Of a stretch of 60,477 bases of DNA, positions 36,456 through 46,189 are shown piece by piece. Under the pieces are notes generated by a model. The model worked only from the letters and a program-made list of their open reading frames with translations, was not told where the DNA came from and made no database searches. Where the stretch lies: positions 1-60,477 of IMG/VR virus record IMGVR_UViG_3300043407_000092; one strand, given 5' to 3'. Both the position numbers and the translations under genes were made by a program. How positions within the stretch are numbered: the first letter of the stretch is position 1; each line of letters opens with the position of its first letter. This DNA comes from a virus. Taxonomy: Duplodnaviria; Caudoviricetes.

Positions 36456-37454
36456 ATGCGTTATAGCAATATCAAAACATCAATCCTAGAGCAGTTCAGA
36501 GCACCAAATGGCAACAAAGTTGTGCCGTTCATACTCGGTGCGCCTGGAGGTGGCAAGTCAGCTTGTGCCCGCGAGATCATGCAAGAGCTAAATCTTGAGC
36601 ATGTCGTGGAGTTCACTGCGTCACTTCGTGATCCAGTAGATGTACTCGGTACACCTAACAACACTGGCGAGTACACACGCTGGGTTCCTCCTGAAGAGTT
36701 CTACATGTTGCGTCAAGGCGTTGGTCGTGTAGGTCTGATCTTGGAAGAGTTATCAGATGCACCCGTACCCATGCAGAATGCGCTATGCGGTGTAGTCTAT
36801 GACTTTCGTGCAGCCAACTTACAGCTATCAGATAAATTGCACATCATCGCCACAGGCAATCGCACTGAGGACAAGTCAGGTGCTAATCGCATCACGTCTA
36901 AGCTAGCCAATCGTACTAGACGCTTTGACTTCCAAGAGAACGTCGACGACTGGACTGAGTGGGCGTTGGACAACGACATCGATCCTGTATTGATTCAGTT
37001 CATTAGGTTCAGACCTGCGTTGCTGTCTGACTTCGATCCCAATCGATTCGCCAACCCTACGCCTAGATCGTGGGAGCGTGTCAACATGATCCCTGCATCG
37101 TTAGAGAACGCACTGTTCTTTGACAACTGTGCCGGTGAGGTGGGTGAAGGCGCTGCTGCTGAGTACACAGGCTTCAGACGTATCTACTTAGCACTGCCTA
37201 ACATCGAGAGTATCTTGCTCGATCCTACTGGTGCTGACTTACCTGCTGACCCAGCGACTCTGTATGCACTGACTGGTGCATTGGCTCGCAAGTCTACCAA
37301 GGACAACTTCGATCGTGTATCCAAGTATCTGTCTCGTATGAGCCCCGAGTTCAATGTGATGGCAACTAAGGATGCTATCAAGTTGTGCCCTGCCATCAAG
37401 TCGACTCGTTCATTCACCGAGTGGGCTAGCAAAAATGCTGAGGTGTTAATGTGA
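36456..37454 (+). CDS. MoxR-like AAA+ ATPase
   Basis: Walker A GAPGGGKS, Walker B LILEEL, ATGNR, LANR, PTPRSWE. Confidence 0.88.
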   Translation: MRYSNIKTSILEQFRAPNGNKVVPFILGAPGGGKSACAREIMQELNLEHVVEFTASLRDPVDVLGTPNNTGEYTRWVPPEEFYMLRQGVGRVGLILEELSDAPVPMQNALCGVVYDFRAANLQLSDKLHIIATGNRTEDKSGANRITSKLANRTRRFDFQENVDDWTEWALDNDIDPVLIQFIRFRPALLSDFDPNRFANPTPRSWERVNMIPASLENALFFDNCAGEVGEGAAAEYTGFRRIYLALPNIESILLDPTGADLPADPATLYALTGALARKSTKDNFDRVSKYLSRMSPEFNVMATKDAIKLCPAIKSTRSFTEWASKNAEVLM

Positions 37455-37678
37455 AACTAGTGTGGGTGGCTAGCACCGACTACACGCACACACTGTACAA
37501 GCAACACCCTGATGAAAAGAGGCCACGCAAGATGGCATGGGTGGCTTGTATCTTTGCATCGGATAAAAATCCACAAAGATGGAGAGCGCAGATCGTATCA
37601 ACAGGCGATCCATGCGTAACCGATACCTTGCAACAAGCCAAAGACTGGGCTCAAGCAGTCGTTCTTCTCAACCAATGA
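37451..37678 (+). CDS. Hypothetical protein
   Basis: GTGA overlap; GAGG SD. Confidence 0.6.
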   Translation: MKLVWVASTDYTHTLYKQHPDEKRPRKMAWVACIFASDKNPQRWRAQIVSTGDPCVTDTLQQAKDWAQAVVLLNQ

Positions 37679-37687
37679 AAGACCTAT

Positions 37688-38563
37688 ATGCAACCAACCA
37701 AATTGGCAGACAAAGTAATACTTGTCAAGCTAACAATGCGTCGTGCCTCACTGACTAAACGTGATGCATATCTATCAGACAAGATACAACGGCAAGAGGG
37801 TGATACATCGCTCACTGTGCTGACTAAGTTGTTCAAGTCTAAGGACAATCCGATTGCGCAGATCATGTCTAAGTACACAGATGTGTATGCGTATCACAAG
37901 AAGCACACGCTACCCTATGTGGATGCAGGGCCTCGCATCTTGCCCAATGACTTGTACTTTGAGTACACGCAAGAGACTAAGCATCGCATTGCCATGATGG
38001 ACAATCTCAAGCGTAACTACATGCCACACTACGATCAGTTAGTGCTAGAAGATGTAGCCTTTCGTAACAGTGGACACGCGGCAGGTCGTGCTTGTGTAGG
38101 TGACTACCCGACAGCAAGTCAGTTCGATCAGTCTATGTCGATTGATATCAAGTTCCAACCAATGCCTGACTCACGACACTTTCTCTTTGACCTAAGTGAA
38201 GATGATCTGAAGTCGTTTCAACAGTCAGAGCATGAAGCAGCAGAAGCTATGAACATGGACACCATCGCTCGTATGCTCAAGCCACTCTCAGCACTCACTC
38301 AGCGCCTACAAGAGTATCAGGGTCAGAAGGGTGAACGCTTCCACAACAGTCTTGTTGAGAACGTCATCGAAGGTTGTGACATAGCCCTTAAATTGGCAAT
38401 CAATCCAACGCAAGAGTTGATCGATGAGATCAACATTCTCAAAGCAACAGCGACTGGCTGTCTCAATACAGTCGAAGTCATCAAAGGTTCAGCTAACGCA
38501 AGGCACGACGCCAAGGCGAAGCTTGAAGCAGTAGCCGCTCGCATGGCGGCATTTAACATCTAA
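37688..38563 (+). CDS. Hypothetical protein (DUF3150-like) of the ATPase-vWA module
   Basis: HTLPY...GPRILP, DYPT and FHNSLVEN motifs; synteny. Confidence 0.6.
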   Translation: MQPTKLADKVILVKLTMRRASLTKRDAYLSDKIQRQEGDTSLTVLTKLFKSKDNPIAQIMSKYTDVYAYHKKHTLPYVDAGPRILPNDLYFEYTQETKHRIAMMDNLKRNYMPHYDQLVLEDVAFRNSGHAAGRACVGDYPTASQFDQSMSIDIKFQPMPDSRHFLFDLSEDDLKSFQQSEHEAAEAMNMDTIARMLKPLSALTQRLQEYQGQKGERFHNSLVENVIEGCDIALKLAINPTQELIDEINILKATATGCLNTVEVIKGSANARHDAKAKLEAVAARMAAFNI

Positions 38564-38572
38564 GGAAAGGTT

Positions 38573-39121
38573 ATGACAATGCGACCAACACTATACGAAG
38601 CATCTAGGATGCTAACAACTGCAGGTGTATCGGCAGAAATTAAGTTCGACCCAACGCAGATCACAAATCGTTTGCGTAAGTCTATTCAACGGCAAGTAGC
38701 AAGCGGTGTGATTACTGGTGGCTATTCATCGCATGCATCACGTCTTGCCAAGTATCTGTGCAAACAGTTTGACTTGAGATACTCAGACACTAGTTGGTAC
38801 GGCCTACGAGTTCCAGCTATGGAGAAGAAACATCACGCTGGCTTTGTTGAGCTTATTCACGCAGACTTAGCGGCGTTTCTACTAGACGCTGATGATCGAG
38901 ACCCCACATGGCATAAGAACAATGCCGCAAATGCAATCAATAGAATCAGATCAGGTACTCCTACTGATATACGAACGCACAGCACTATCTTTCAGAAGAA
39001 GTTGCAAGCGCTCATTGTGTCAACACGTACCGAAGAAGAGGTGCAGAAAGCCAGTCAAGTATCGGCAATGCTTGACGCAAGCAACCCAATCATCATTAAC
39101 CAATACAACTCAAAGGACTAA
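38573..39121 (+). CDS. Hypothetical protein
   Basis: 182-aa ORF with AAGGA SD. Confidence 0.7.
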   Translation: MTMRPTLYEASRMLTTAGVSAEIKFDPTQITNRLRKSIQRQVASGVITGGYSSHASRLAKYLCKQFDLRYSDTSWYGLRVPAMEKKHHAGFVELIHADLAAFLLDADDRDPTWHKNNAANAINRIRSGTPTDIRTHSTIFQKKLQALIVSTRTEEEVQKASQVSAMLDASNPIIINQYNSKD

Positions 39122-39123
39122 TC

Positions 39124-40230
39124 ATGAAAGTAACTACCCTAGACAAGGCAAAGGTATCGCTAGTAACACAGCATCCTTTCTTTGCCTCTATCCTTATGAA
39201 GCGACAGCTTATCGAGGATGAAACTATTCCAACAGCAGCAGTAGATCAGCGCAATCAAATCTACATCAACCCTACATGGTTCAACACACTATCGGTTGAC
39301 GAAGTTGTGTTCGTACTAGCACACGAGATCGGCCATGTGATCGGTCAGCATGCGACTCGTCGAGGTGCGCGTCAGCCTAAAAAGTGGAACATTGCAGGCG
39401 ATGCTTGGATTAACGACATGCTCAAGGCAGCAAACATTGGCACGCCCATCAAGGGATGCGTACAGATGGATGGCTCTAAGGATGAGACAGTTGATGAGAT
39501 TTACAACAAGCTCCCCGATAATCCTACAGGTGATGGGCCCGGAGGTACAGGCGACGACATCATCGAGCGTGGCTCACCACTGACCCCAGAAGAAGCTACG
39601 CGCATCGATGCTGAGACTCGTGTCGAGATTGCACAAGCAGCGCAAGCAGCTAAGGCTCAAGGCAAGATGCCCCCTGCATTGGCTAAGATCATTGCTGACT
39701 TGATCGATCCTGGAACACCATGGCACGAGATTCTCGAGCGTTACATGACAAGCTATGTACGTGGAGACTATTCATGGTCACGCCCTAACCGCAGATTCGC
39801 TGACATTGCGTACCTCCCAAGCACAGGCAAGGTAGCTGAAATGGGCGAGGTTGTTATCCAAGTCGACGTATCAGGCTCTATCAGCAAGACAGAGTTGGCT
39901 TATTACAACGGTCACATGGCTCGTATCATTGAGCAGTGCAACCCCGAGCGAGTACACGTCTTGTATGTTGACACTGGTGTATGCAAGCATGAGGTATTCG
40001 AGCAAGGCGAAGAAGTAGCACTAGAGTTTTACTCAGGCGGAGGCACTGACATGGAAGCAGGCTTTGAGTTCCTTGCCAAGGAGGGCATTGAGCCCGAGGT
40101 ATTCGTCTGTCTGACAGATGGTTACACAGACTTTAATGTGGATAAAGCACCTAACTACCCTGTTTTGTGGTGTATTTCTAGTGACATTAACGCTCCTTAC
40201 GGTGAAAATATCCATTTTTCACTGGAGTAA
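39124..40230 (+). CDS. DUF2201-type metallopeptidase + vWA domain protein
   Basis: HEIGH zincin motif, WNIAGD, WSRPNRR, MIDAS DVSGS, GGGTD, LTDGY. Confidence 0.88.
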   Translation: MKVTTLDKAKVSLVTQHPFFASILMKRQLIEDETIPTAAVDQRNQIYINPTWFNTLSVDEVVFVLAHEIGHVIGQHATRRGARQPKKWNIAGDAWINDMLKAANIGTPIKGCVQMDGSKDETVDEIYNKLPDNPTGDGPGGTGDDIIERGSPLTPEEATRIDAETRVEIAQAAQAAKAQGKMPPALAKIIADLIDPGTPWHEILERYMTSYVRGDYSWSRPNRRFADIAYLPSTGKVAEMGEVVIQVDVSGSISKTELAYYNGHMARIIEQCNPERVHVLYVDTGVCKHEVFEQGEEVALEFYSGGGTDMEAGFEFLAKEGIEPEVFVCLTDGYTDFNVDKAPNYPVLWCISSDINAPYGENIHFSLE

Positions 40231-40232
40231 TT

Positions 40233-40385
40233 ATGGATGCAATGGATCAACTGAACAGTTTGCTTGACTCGTATCAAAACATTCTCAAGCTATGCTACGA
40301 CGCCCTCGATGCAGGTGCAACACAGGAACAACGTGATGCACTTAGAAAATCAATAGAGGCTTTCGTATCAGAGAGCAACAATTAA
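40233..40385 (+). CDS. Hypothetical protein (50 aa)
   Basis: Manually read; GGAG SD; followed by hairpin ggggc-gtaa-gcccc. Confidence 0.6.
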   Translation: MDAMDQLNSLLDSYQNILKLCYDALDAGATQEQRDALRKSIEAFVSESNN

Positions 40386-40429
40386 CCAACGGGGCGTAAG
40401 CCCCATTCTTTTCAACCACGGAGATTATT

Positions 40430-41098
40430 ATGGCTACAGTAAACATTACAAAAGAGTTTAAAGAGCGCGTCGAAAGTCGCATTCGCAGTATGCACCGCAA
40501 AGAGTTAGAGGCTGAGTTGCCTCATCTCAATAAGCCACAGCAGTTAGATGCAAATTATTTGTATCACTTTGGATGCTGGGGTAAGGATCACATGCACCTT
40601 GTGCATGAACTACCTAAGGATTGGTTAGGTAAGATTGATGATGTACAGATTGCCATCAAAGGTCAAACCGATGAAGGTAAGAAAACTGCATGCACCATTA
40701 GGTTCACTGGTGTCAATGCGTATAAACGCCCTCGCGACAGTTATTATAGTAAGGCAGAATCTGAGATTGCTTACGATGATTTAGTTGCATTACCTGATAC
40801 AGTGCTTGGCAAAGCTGAGGCTATGCAGGCATGGGAAGAGAACAAGCAAGTTGTTGTACTCGATGCAAAATGGAAGAAGGTAGAGAGCGACATTCTTGAG
40901 TTCCTTGGCAAGTGCAAGACTCTCAATGAAGCAGTTAGATTGTTCCCTACTGTTAGGTTGTATATTGACCGCGACGATCTTGAGCGTTTAGATCGTAAGG
41001 TCGAGCGCTTTACTGAGCGTAAGAAGATCGTGGAAGAGATGGCAACCGATGAACTAACCGCAGCCGCCATCGCTGCGAGACTTGCAGGAGCAATATGA
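40430..41098 (+). CDS. Nmad5-like (nucleotide-modification-associated) protein
   Basis: C-terminal FLGKCKTLNEAVRLFP resembles the Nmad5 family. Confidence 0.5.
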   Translation: MATVNITKEFKERVESRIRSMHRKELEAELPHLNKPQQLDANYLYHFGCWGKDHMHLVHELPKDWLGKIDDVQIAIKGQTDEGKKTACTIRFTGVNAYKRPRDSYYSKAESEIAYDDLVALPDTVLGKAEAMQAWEENKQVVVLDAKWKKVESDILEFLGKCKTLNEAVRLFPTVRLYIDRDDLERLDRKVERFTERKKIVEEMATDELTAAAIAARLAGAI

Positions 41099-41283
41099 AA
41101 TACATGTCTAAAGCATTACCGTCAATTCCAGTCGGGCATCCCGATTACAAATGGAAATCACACGGCGACGTACAAGCAGTATGGCGTAGGTTTGGATGGG
41201 TTCCGCCCTCTGAATCTATGACACCGCCACCACCTGAAAAGAAGGTGTGGGAGTTTGAATTTCCTATCAAACGTATCAAGTAA
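41095..41283 (+). CDS. Hypothetical protein
   Basis: AGGAG SD; DVQAVWRRFGWVPPSE motif. Confidence 0.65.
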   Translation: MKYMSKALPSIPVGHPDYKWKSHGDVQAVWRRFGWVPPSESMTPPPPEKKVWEFEFPIKRIK

Positions 41284-41312
41284 TTAGCACTCATCAACCA
41301 AGGAGCAACCAA

Positions 41313-41834
41313 GTGCCTACACTTCAACTAGAACTTAAGAAACTAGAAAACATTTCGTTTGACGACGAAGAATCAACCACAAAAAACGGAAGAACTATGC
41401 TACCCCATGCATTCAAACCAACCAACAACGTAAGTCGCGAGACTTTCAACTACATCAAAGCTAACCCCGGCCTTACACGATCACAAATTGGCAAGGCTAT
41501 GGAGGACAAAGGCTTTAAGAAAGGCTCAGTCATTTCATTAGCAGCACAGTTCTTAAGACAGAACATGGTGCGTAGTGCAAATGGCGGATTGTTTGTAACG
41601 CAAGACGAGTACACACCGCTCAAAGCTCCTACTAAGACCTTCAAGCATAAGAAACCTAAAAAGGATGTGCTCCCCCCACCGCAGAAGAAAGTCGCGAAGG
41701 TGACAGCCTCTCCAGCGCAAACGATTTATATTAGTGGCGTGAACACACAATCAGCACAAGAACTGTTGGCAAGTATGTCTATTGTTCAAGCACGCAGTGT
41801 GTACGACGAACTGAAGAAAATCTTTGGCTCTTAA
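41313..41834 (+). CDS. Winged-helix-like DNA-binding protein
   Basis: FNYIKANPGLTRSQI...GSVISL; AAGGAG before GTG; alternative ATG at 41397. Confidence 0.6.
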   Translation: MPTLQLELKKLENISFDDEESTTKNGRTMLPHAFKPTNNVSRETFNYIKANPGLTRSQIGKAMEDKGFKKGSVISLAAQFLRQNMVRSANGGLFVTQDEYTPLKAPTKTFKHKKPKKDVLPPPQKKVAKVTASPAQTIYISGVNTQSAQELLASMSIVQARSVYDELKKIFGS

Positions 41835-41836
41835 AC

Positions 41837-42025
41837 ATGAACACGTTTAAGGTATACGTACTGTTAGCGCTGTGTCTTGCAGGGTTTTGGACGTCCATTT
41901 TTTGGATAGCAACAACAGACCCATCGTCAAAGGCAAGACGCGACTGCTCAATAGCAGAGATTAGTCCGGATTTCACACCTGAAATGCGTCAACAATGTAG
42001 AGAACTACTAAGGCATAAACTATGA
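41837..42025 (+). CDS. Small membrane-anchored protein
   Basis: N-terminal TM helix; DCSIAEISPD motif. Confidence 0.65.
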   Translation: MNTFKVYVLLALCLAGFWTSIFWIATTDPSSKARRDCSIAEISPDFTPEMRQQCRELLRHKL

Positions 42026-42291
42026 AACTACACGATGCACCCAACAACTGTAGAGTAGTACTTGACAGCGGGATAGAGCTTAACTTTCATTCCATGGATG
42101 GAATCTTTTCAAAGTGCACTGACGACGACGGCAACGTGTATTACATACCAGCAGATACAGAAATCACTGTGAAGCTTGTACAACGCAACGATGTACTAGA
42201 AGAAGTTGCTCGAGAGTTTGACAGCATGCGTATCGCGTTTGGTGATACAGCTGATAGTTTTGCAAGATACGTTAGGGATATGAAACGATGA
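42022..42291 (+). CDS. Hypothetical protein
   Basis: ATGA overlap; RNDVLEEVA motif. Confidence 0.65.
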   Translation: MKLHDAPNNCRVVLDSGIELNFHSMDGIFSKCTDDDGNVYYIPADTEITVKLVQRNDVLEEVAREFDSMRIAFGDTADSFARYVRDMKR

Positions 42292-42479
42292 ATGGGTTTG
42301 TAAACCGACAACTTGCACTTGGAAGCAAGCAACCCGTGCACAAGTACAGGCTGTGCAATAAATGCGAAGAACTCAAACCTCCTGAAGGGGGAGTTGAATT
42401 GTCTCCACAAAGATGGTCATGTGCTAGATGCTGGGCTAACAGAGTAATAGCAAGGAGTTTATTAAATGCCAAGACCTAA
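42288..42479 (+). CDS. Small zinc-finger protein
   Basis: CNKC...CARC. Confidence 0.65.
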   Translation: MNGFVNRQLALGSKQPVHKYRLCNKCEELKPPEGGVELSPQRWSCARCWANRVIARSLLNAKT

Positions 42480-42648
42480 ACCGCCTGAGCCTTTAATCGG
42501 GAGACAGATACGAATGTCTGACAGGCAGTGGATTATGTTTAATCAAATTGGGGGTGCTGATTGGCTGCGCAAGCTTGTTGAGAAGAAAGCCCCGATGCCC
42601 AAGCAGTACTACGACGCCTTGTTAAAAAAACAGAATGAAGGAGTTTAA
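42466..42648 (+). CDS. Small DNA-binding protein (RHH-like)
   Basis: MPRPKP..RQIRMSDRQW...GGADWLRKLVE; AAGGAG SD. Confidence 0.65.
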   Translation: MPRPKPPEPLIGRQIRMSDRQWIMFNQIGGADWLRKLVEKKAPMPKQYYDALLKKQNEGV

Positions 42649-42651
42649 ATT

Positions 42652-42927
42652 ATGGGCGTACTAAGCAGCATGCTTCATGCAATTACCACGGTAACTAATC
42701 CTGCTCAACAATCAAGTGTGATGCGTGACTACATGGAAAAGCCACGCATGAAAAACAAAACAATCTTTAGTGGCAGGATTGAAGTACAGCAAGTGTGCAA
42801 CGGCTATATCGTTCACATTGCATCCCGAGAGGGCTACGAGTTTGATTCGCACATCGCAGCTACGGTCAAAGATGTCAACGAGTTAATTGCAACAGCCATC
42901 GTTGCGTTTCAGTTGGAGGGTAAATGA
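42652..42927 (+). CDS. Hypothetical protein
   Basis: AAGGAG SD; IEVQQVCNGYIV. Confidence 0.7.
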   Translation: MGVLSSMLHAITTVTNPAQQSSVMRDYMEKPRMKNKTIFSGRIEVQQVCNGYIVHIASREGYEFDSHIAATVKDVNELIATAIVAFQLEGK

Positions 42928-44879
42928 AACCAATTTATCTGGACTTTGAGACGTATTGGGATACAGCCCATACGCTCTCACGCATGTCCCCAACAGAGTA
43001 CATACAGCACCCTGACACTGAGATCATCTCGGTATCCATCAAGGAAGGCGACGAGCCAACCTATGTGTTGTTTGGCGAGGACAAAATACGCAAGCACATG
43101 CAAGCAATGGACTGGTCTGATGCCATGGCTATCGGTCACAACATGTCAGGCTTTGACTCAATGATTCTTGCTTGGCGGTTAGGGGTAAACCCTAAGATGT
43201 ACGGATGTACAGCAGCAATGGCAAGGTCGCAATACTCTAAGACGTCGGTATTCTTTGGCGGTAAATCCCTTACAGGAGTGTCGTTGAAGAAGCTATCGTA
43301 TGAGTTAGATGTAGGCGCTAAGCTAGACCTCGAAGCTACAAATACTAAGGGTAAACACTTAGTAAACTTTAGCGAAGATGAGATCGCTTCGATGGAAGAG
43401 TACAACAAGATGGACACAGATTTGTGTGCTAAGTTGTTTAAGAAGCTCATCAAAGGATTCCCTAAACAGGAGTTGGTGTTGATAGACATGACTACACGCA
43501 TGCTTGTCGAGCCACAACTGGTACTCAACGCTCCCAAGGTGCAGTTAGCCCTGCGTCAGGTCAAAGAAGAGAAGCGTGAATCGCTCATTAAGCTAGCCCA
43601 TGCGTTAGGTATTGCAACGTTTACGGCTAATACTCTTGAGACAGGTACAAGTGTTGAGGAACAAGTACGAACTGAATTGGCATCAGCCGCTAAGTTTGGT
43701 GCATTGCTGACTAACCTTGGTGTTCCAGTACCCATGAAGGTGTCGCCTACCAACCCAGCCAAGATGACTCCGGCACTGGCGAAGACAGACGAGGCATTCA
43801 TAGCCCTACAAACGCATAAGAACCCCCTTGTAGCCTCCGCAGCTATGGCTAGGCTAGAAGTTAAGTCTACGCTGTTAGAAACGCGCCTAGAGGCTTTCTT
43901 GAAGACGGCAGCCGTATGCAAGGGCAGGATACCTGTGCCACTCAAGTACGCCGGTGCAGACACAACCGGCCGGTGGTCAGGCGAGCAGTACAACATGCAG
44001 AACTTACCTCGCATTGGTGCGTCACCTAAGCCCTCGGATGCCTTGCGTATGTCGTTGCTCGCTCCTCCCGGGCACAAGGTGATCGTATCTGACTTATCCG
44101 GGATTGAGTTGCGTGTGAACATGTTCCTATGGAAAGTCCCTTACGCCATGGAGTTGTTCAAGGCAAGCCCCGACAAGGCAGACTTGTATAGGTACTTTGC
44201 CGCCCATGATCTGTACAACATTGACGAGATACAGGTAACGAAGACTCAGCGTCAGGTAGGTAAGGTTGCTCACCTCGGCTTAGGCTTTGGAGCTGGTGGG
44301 GCTACGTTCCAAAAAGTTGCCAAGTTAATGGGCGGTGTAGACATGAGCCTTGAGGAAGCTACAAAAGTAGTAGATACATATCGTGCAGCACACTCAGAGA
44401 TTAAAGATGGATGGAAAGCGTTTCAGAATAGCCTGACTCACATTAAACAGGGCACAGAGATTCCAATTGACTCTTGGGGTATGTGCATGGTTGAGCAAAA
44501 CGCCATACGTCTGCCCTCGGGTCGTCGCATTTACTATCCTGATCTTAAACAAGAACAAGACAGCAACGGTAAAATTGAATGGTGGTACGGCAATGGGCGT
44601 ACACGAGCCCGCATCTATGCAGGGAAAGGTGTAGAGAACTTAGTTCAAGCCCTTGCACGCGACGTCATTGCAGAGCATGCGGTCAAGTTCTTTAAGGCTA
44701 CTGGTATGCGGCCAGCACTCACGGTGCATGACGAGCTTGTCTATGTAGTTCCAGAAGATTCCGCAGAGGAGCAGTTAGATACATTGCAGACCATAATGCG
44801 TCAAGGCGTGTCATGGTGGCCTGAGTTAATTACATGGTCAGAAGGTGATATTGCAAGCTGTTATGGCGAAGCAAAATAG
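42924..44879 (+). CDS. polA: Family A DNA polymerase with 3'-5' exonuclease
   Basis: ExoI LDFET, ExoII HNMSGFD, ExoIII YNKMD; TGRWS, NMQNLP, motif A DLSGIELR, motif B RQVGKVAHLGLGFG, motif C VHDE. Confidence 0.93.
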   Translation: MKPIYLDFETYWDTAHTLSRMSPTEYIQHPDTEIISVSIKEGDEPTYVLFGEDKIRKHMQAMDWSDAMAIGHNMSGFDSMILAWRLGVNPKMYGCTAAMARSQYSKTSVFFGGKSLTGVSLKKLSYELDVGAKLDLEATNTKGKHLVNFSEDEIASMEEYNKMDTDLCAKLFKKLIKGFPKQELVLIDMTTRMLVEPQLVLNAPKVQLALRQVKEEKRESLIKLAHALGIATFTANTLETGTSVEEQVRTELASAAKFGALLTNLGVPVPMKVSPTNPAKMTPALAKTDEAFIALQTHKNPLVASAAMARLEVKSTLLETRLEAFLKTAAVCKGRIPVPLKYAGADTTGRWSGEQYNMQNLPRIGASPKPSDALRMSLLAPPGHKVIVSDLSGIELRVNMFLWKVPYAMELFKASPDKADLYRYFAAHDLYNIDEIQVTKTQRQVGKVAHLGLGFGAGGATFQKVAKLMGGVDMSLEEATKVVDTYRAAHSEIKDGWKAFQNSLTHIKQGTEIPIDSWGMCMVEQNAIRLPSGRRIYYPDLKQEQDSNGKIEWWYGNGRTRARIYAGKGVENLVQALARDVIAEHAVKFFKATGMRPALTVHDELVYVVPEDSAEEQLDTLQTIMRQGVSWWPELITWSEGDIASCYGEAK

Positions 44880-44977
44880 TGTTGACTAGTCGTAGAAACC
44901 TGCTAAAGTTGTGTCTCACAACCACGGGCCTCCAAGCAACAAATGTCGCTATGGGGGCAAAAACCTATGGAGCAGGC

Positions 44978-45631
44978 ATGGCTAACCCAGCATGGACTTA
45001 TTCGCAGCTGGACACGTTTGAGACGTGCCCGAAGAAGTTCTATCACCTTAAAGTAATTCGCGATACTGTAGACCCCCCGACTGTGTACACCGAATGGGGA
45101 AGCAAAGTACACACAGCATTTGAGAACTTCATTTTGCATGGGGAACTCCTGCCTGACGGCATGACGCAATGGCAACCGCTAGCAGATAAATTAGCCGCTC
45201 TCAAAGGAGCAAAGTTTCCTGAGCGCCAATACGCCGTTGACAAAAACTTTCAGCCATGTGATTGGGACAATGCATGGACACGAGGCATCGCAGACCTTGT
45301 TGTTATTCAAGGTAGTAGTGCAGCTGTCCTAGACTACAAGACAGGCAAACGCAAACCAACCGAGCAGCTTGATTTATACGCCACGTATGTGTTTCATCAT
45401 CACCCCGAAGTTCAGAAAGTAACGACTGGGTTTGTGTGGCTAAAAGAAAAAAAGATTGACTGGCAAGTGCGTGAACGTGATGACCTTGCAACGATATGGC
45501 AGAACCTATTGCCACGAGTACACAAACTTGAATCAGCATATGAGCGTGGCTCATGGCCAGCTAAAACATCAGGGCTGTGCAAAGCTTGGTGTCCTGTAAC
45601 TTCATGCAAGTTCAATGGGAGAAGAACATGA
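44978..45631 (+). CDS. PD-(D/E)xK Cas4-like exonuclease
   Basis: WTYSQLDTFETCP, GIAD, DYKTG, QLDLYA, C-terminal CxxxCxxxxC; GGAG before ATG 44978. Confidence 0.85.
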   Translation: MANPAWTYSQLDTFETCPKKFYHLKVIRDTVDPPTVYTEWGSKVHTAFENFILHGELLPDGMTQWQPLADKLAALKGAKFPERQYAVDKNFQPCDWDNAWTRGIADLVVIQGSSAAVLDYKTGKRKPTEQLDLYATYVFHHHPEVQKVTTGFVWLKEKKIDWQVRERDDLATIWQNLLPRVHKLESAYERGSWPAKTSGLCKAWCPVTSCKFNGRRT

Positions 45632-45939
45632 CTCCCGAAGGCAAGGTCAAAGACGCAGTACGCAAGCTATTAAAAGTACGTACCATTTGGTACTATCAAC
45701 CGATGCAAAACGGTATGGGGCAAGTAGGCATACCAGATTTCATCTGCTGCTGGGATGGAATGTTTTTAGGTATAGAAACTAAAGCTCCCGGCAAACGCAA
45801 AGACACGACAGCTAATCAAGACAGAGTACTAGCCGAGATTGTTAGCCATGGTGGTAAAACAATTGTGGTTGACGACGTAGAACAGTTGCGTAAATTTTTA
45901 GATGACATAGATGGAGATCATGATGGCCACATCAACTAA
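45628..45939 (+). CDS. VRR-NUC nuclease (resolvase-like)
   Basis: TPEGKVK...GIPD...IETKAPG...TANQ. Confidence 0.88.
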   Translation: MTPEGKVKDAVRKLLKVRTIWYYQPMQNGMGQVGIPDFICCWDGMFLGIETKAPGKRKDTTANQDRVLAEIVSHGGKTIVVDDVEQLRKFLDDIDGDHDGHIN

Positions 45940-46189
45940 ACAAAAGCTAGCATACCAAAAAGCATACAACGCTCGCCCCGAAGAAGTAGCCAAGCGTGTA
46001 AAGAATAACGCTGCACGTCGTGACGCAATCAAAGACGGCAGAGCGCGTGTCGGCGATGGCAAAGACGTAGCGCACAAGAAGTCATTAGAGAACGGTGGCG
46101 GCAATGGCAAAGGCAACACCGCTGTGCAAGATCGAGCAACTAACAGAGGATGGAGGAAGGGAAGCGGCTCTTACAACCCTGATAAGTAA
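45923..46189 (+). CDS. HNH-like small protein
   Basis: GDGKDVAHKK...GG.N...NR pattern. Confidence 0.65.
   Translation: MATSTKQKLAYQKAYNARPEEVAKRVKNNAARRDAIKDGRARVGDGKDVAHKKSLENGGGNGKGNTAVQDRATNRGWRKGSGSYNPDK

Noticed and set aside
44879-44977. N-terminal extension of the Cas4-like nuclease given in the ORF track
   Set aside because: A better start is ATG 44978 with GGAG; the upstream bases look like a promoter (TTGACT-N16-TAAAGT) and leader.
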